The notes under the pieces were generated by a model. It was given only the letters and a program-made list of their open reading frames with translations. It was not told the DNA's origin and made no database searches. DNA of 64,000 bases, taken from positions 937,498 to 1,001,497 of the forward strand of contig NW_003314292.1 of NCBI RefSeq assembly GCF_000143415.4, in the 5' to 3' direction. Each line of letters opens with the position of its first letter. The first letter of the stretch is position 1. Shown here piece after piece: positions 62,900 to 64,000 of this stretch. The position numbers were made by a program, and so were the translations under genes. This DNA comes from Selaginella moellendorffii (Eukaryota > Plantae > Lycopodiophyta).

Positions 62900-62984
62900 G
62901 TCAGTATGGCTGAGCGGTCTAAGGCGGCAGACTCAAGTTCTGCTCCTCTCACGAGGGCGCAGGTTCAAATCCCGTATACTTGCA
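62900..62984 (+). tRNA. tRNA-Leu(CAA), possibly a pseudogene
   Basis: A box TGGCTGAGCGG, anticodon stem GCAGA/TCTGC with loop CTCAAGT, long variable arm and B box GGTTCAAATCC. There are mismatches in the acceptor and T stems. Confidence 0.8.
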
Positions 62985-63485
62985 CATTCACATTCAAGAA
63001 CAAGAAAACGTTAACTAAATCATAACGTTAAAATAATTTTGCACAAAGATGAAACCAATAAAATCTATCACTTAAAAGACCTTAAAAAGCAGTGAAGTCA
63101 AGTAAACAAACAAACGTCCAAAACACTTAAAAGACAGCAAGAAGATAGAATCATGGGCATTTTGCGATTCATCTACTCCTTCCATGACTCATTCTCGACC
63201 CCAAGGCATAGATTTGCTCCTTTAGGACCGCAAATGCCTCCACTTCCAAAATGTGGTTTCTTCTTTCCAAATCCCCAGTCAAGGCATTTGGTGTTGGAAA
63301 GGAAGTTCTCCACAATCGAGAGAACCCTAGAAAGGTTTAAAGGTCAAAAACTTCTTGTTTCACTGCTGGGAGTAAGACGGCGCTCTTAGGCATCCAATCT
63401 CGGGGGTATGATACCTGGTAAATGCTGCGCTACGTGCGCTCATCACTACATTGACCCCATAAACCCTAGAGCTCCTAGGGCGGCG

Positions 63486-64000
63486 ATGGCGGCAGTGGCG
63501 GGGCTCTACCGCCGCGTTCTTCCTCTTCCGGGCATCGATTTCACCTGTCGCGAGGGCAAGGTAAGGCGCCGTGATCAGCGTTTGGTCGCGATCGATGCGT
63601 ATCTCTCGCGTAGGAAATATTTCGCGAGGCTCTCGAGGATGGAACCATGGAGGGATTCTTCAAGTTGATCGCGCATTTCCAGACGCAGGCTGAGCCGGCG
63701 TTTTGTGGCCTTGCCTCTTTGTCCATGGTGCTCAACTCGCTGTCCATCGATCCAGGAAGAAAATGGAAAGGTACACAGTTTGTTCTTTCTTTCTTTGCCA
63801 CCTCCATAGATATTTTTCTTTCTTCCACCTTACAAGCTTTCTTTGCAGGACCGTGGAGATGGTTTGATGAATCGATGCTGGATTGCTGCGAGCCGCTGGA
63901 GAAAGTGAAGACTGATGGAATCTCTTTTGCCAAAGTTACGTGCTTGGGTGAGTGTTCTGGTGCAAGAGTGGAAGCAGTTCGAGCCAGCGAGAGCTCACTG
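63486..64000 (+). CDS. PCS: Phytochelatin synthase (glutathione gamma-glutamylcysteinyltransferase), 5' part, runs off the window
   Basis: [39 protein letters not shown]|[17 protein letters not shown] across two short introns. Confidence 0.95.

Noticed and set aside
55101-64000. Metal/phosphate-stress gene cluster (LPR-like oxidase plus phytochelatin synthase)
   Set aside because: The oxidase is a pseudogene and the intervening genes are unrelated, so proximity alone is not evidence.

Overview
Eukaryotic land-plant genomic DNA. The very short (about 40-60 nt) GT-AG introns, compact genes and chromovirus content suggest a lycophyte such as Selaginella; this is inference. Positions 1-47.2 kb are mostly nested, decayed transposons: Ty3/gypsy elements, solo LTRs, a 5S-rRNA-bearing Cassandra-like TRIM, a MULE relic and a MITE, plus a chimeric oligopeptidase B/RadA pseudogene. 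Positions 47.2-64 kb are gene-dense: a macrodomain gene, a DeSI pseudogene, a malectin-LRR receptor kinase, a kinase relic, an LPR-type multicopper oxidase pseudogene, a B-lectin fragment, a SKIP16-like relic, a small secreted peptide, tRNA-Leu(CAA) and phytochelatin synthase. The standout is a 12.36-kb TIR DNA transposon (29704-42062). It carries a Sola/DUF7869-like DDE transposase on + and, divergently on -, a multi-exon gene that appears to join a ParB-like domain, a degenerate DNA-methyltransferase-like fold and an FCP1/HAD phosphatase domain. About 20 copies of a 22-bp palindrome (ATGGCRTG-WGGCCW-CAYGCCAT) are spread through the element, and a 284-bp MITE with the same ends keeps two of them. 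This suggests a ParB/parS-like self-recognition or anti-silencing system. All domain calls are by-eye motif recognition with no database search. Coordinates of degenerate features are approximate. There are two assembly gaps (1152-1426, 6069-6168).
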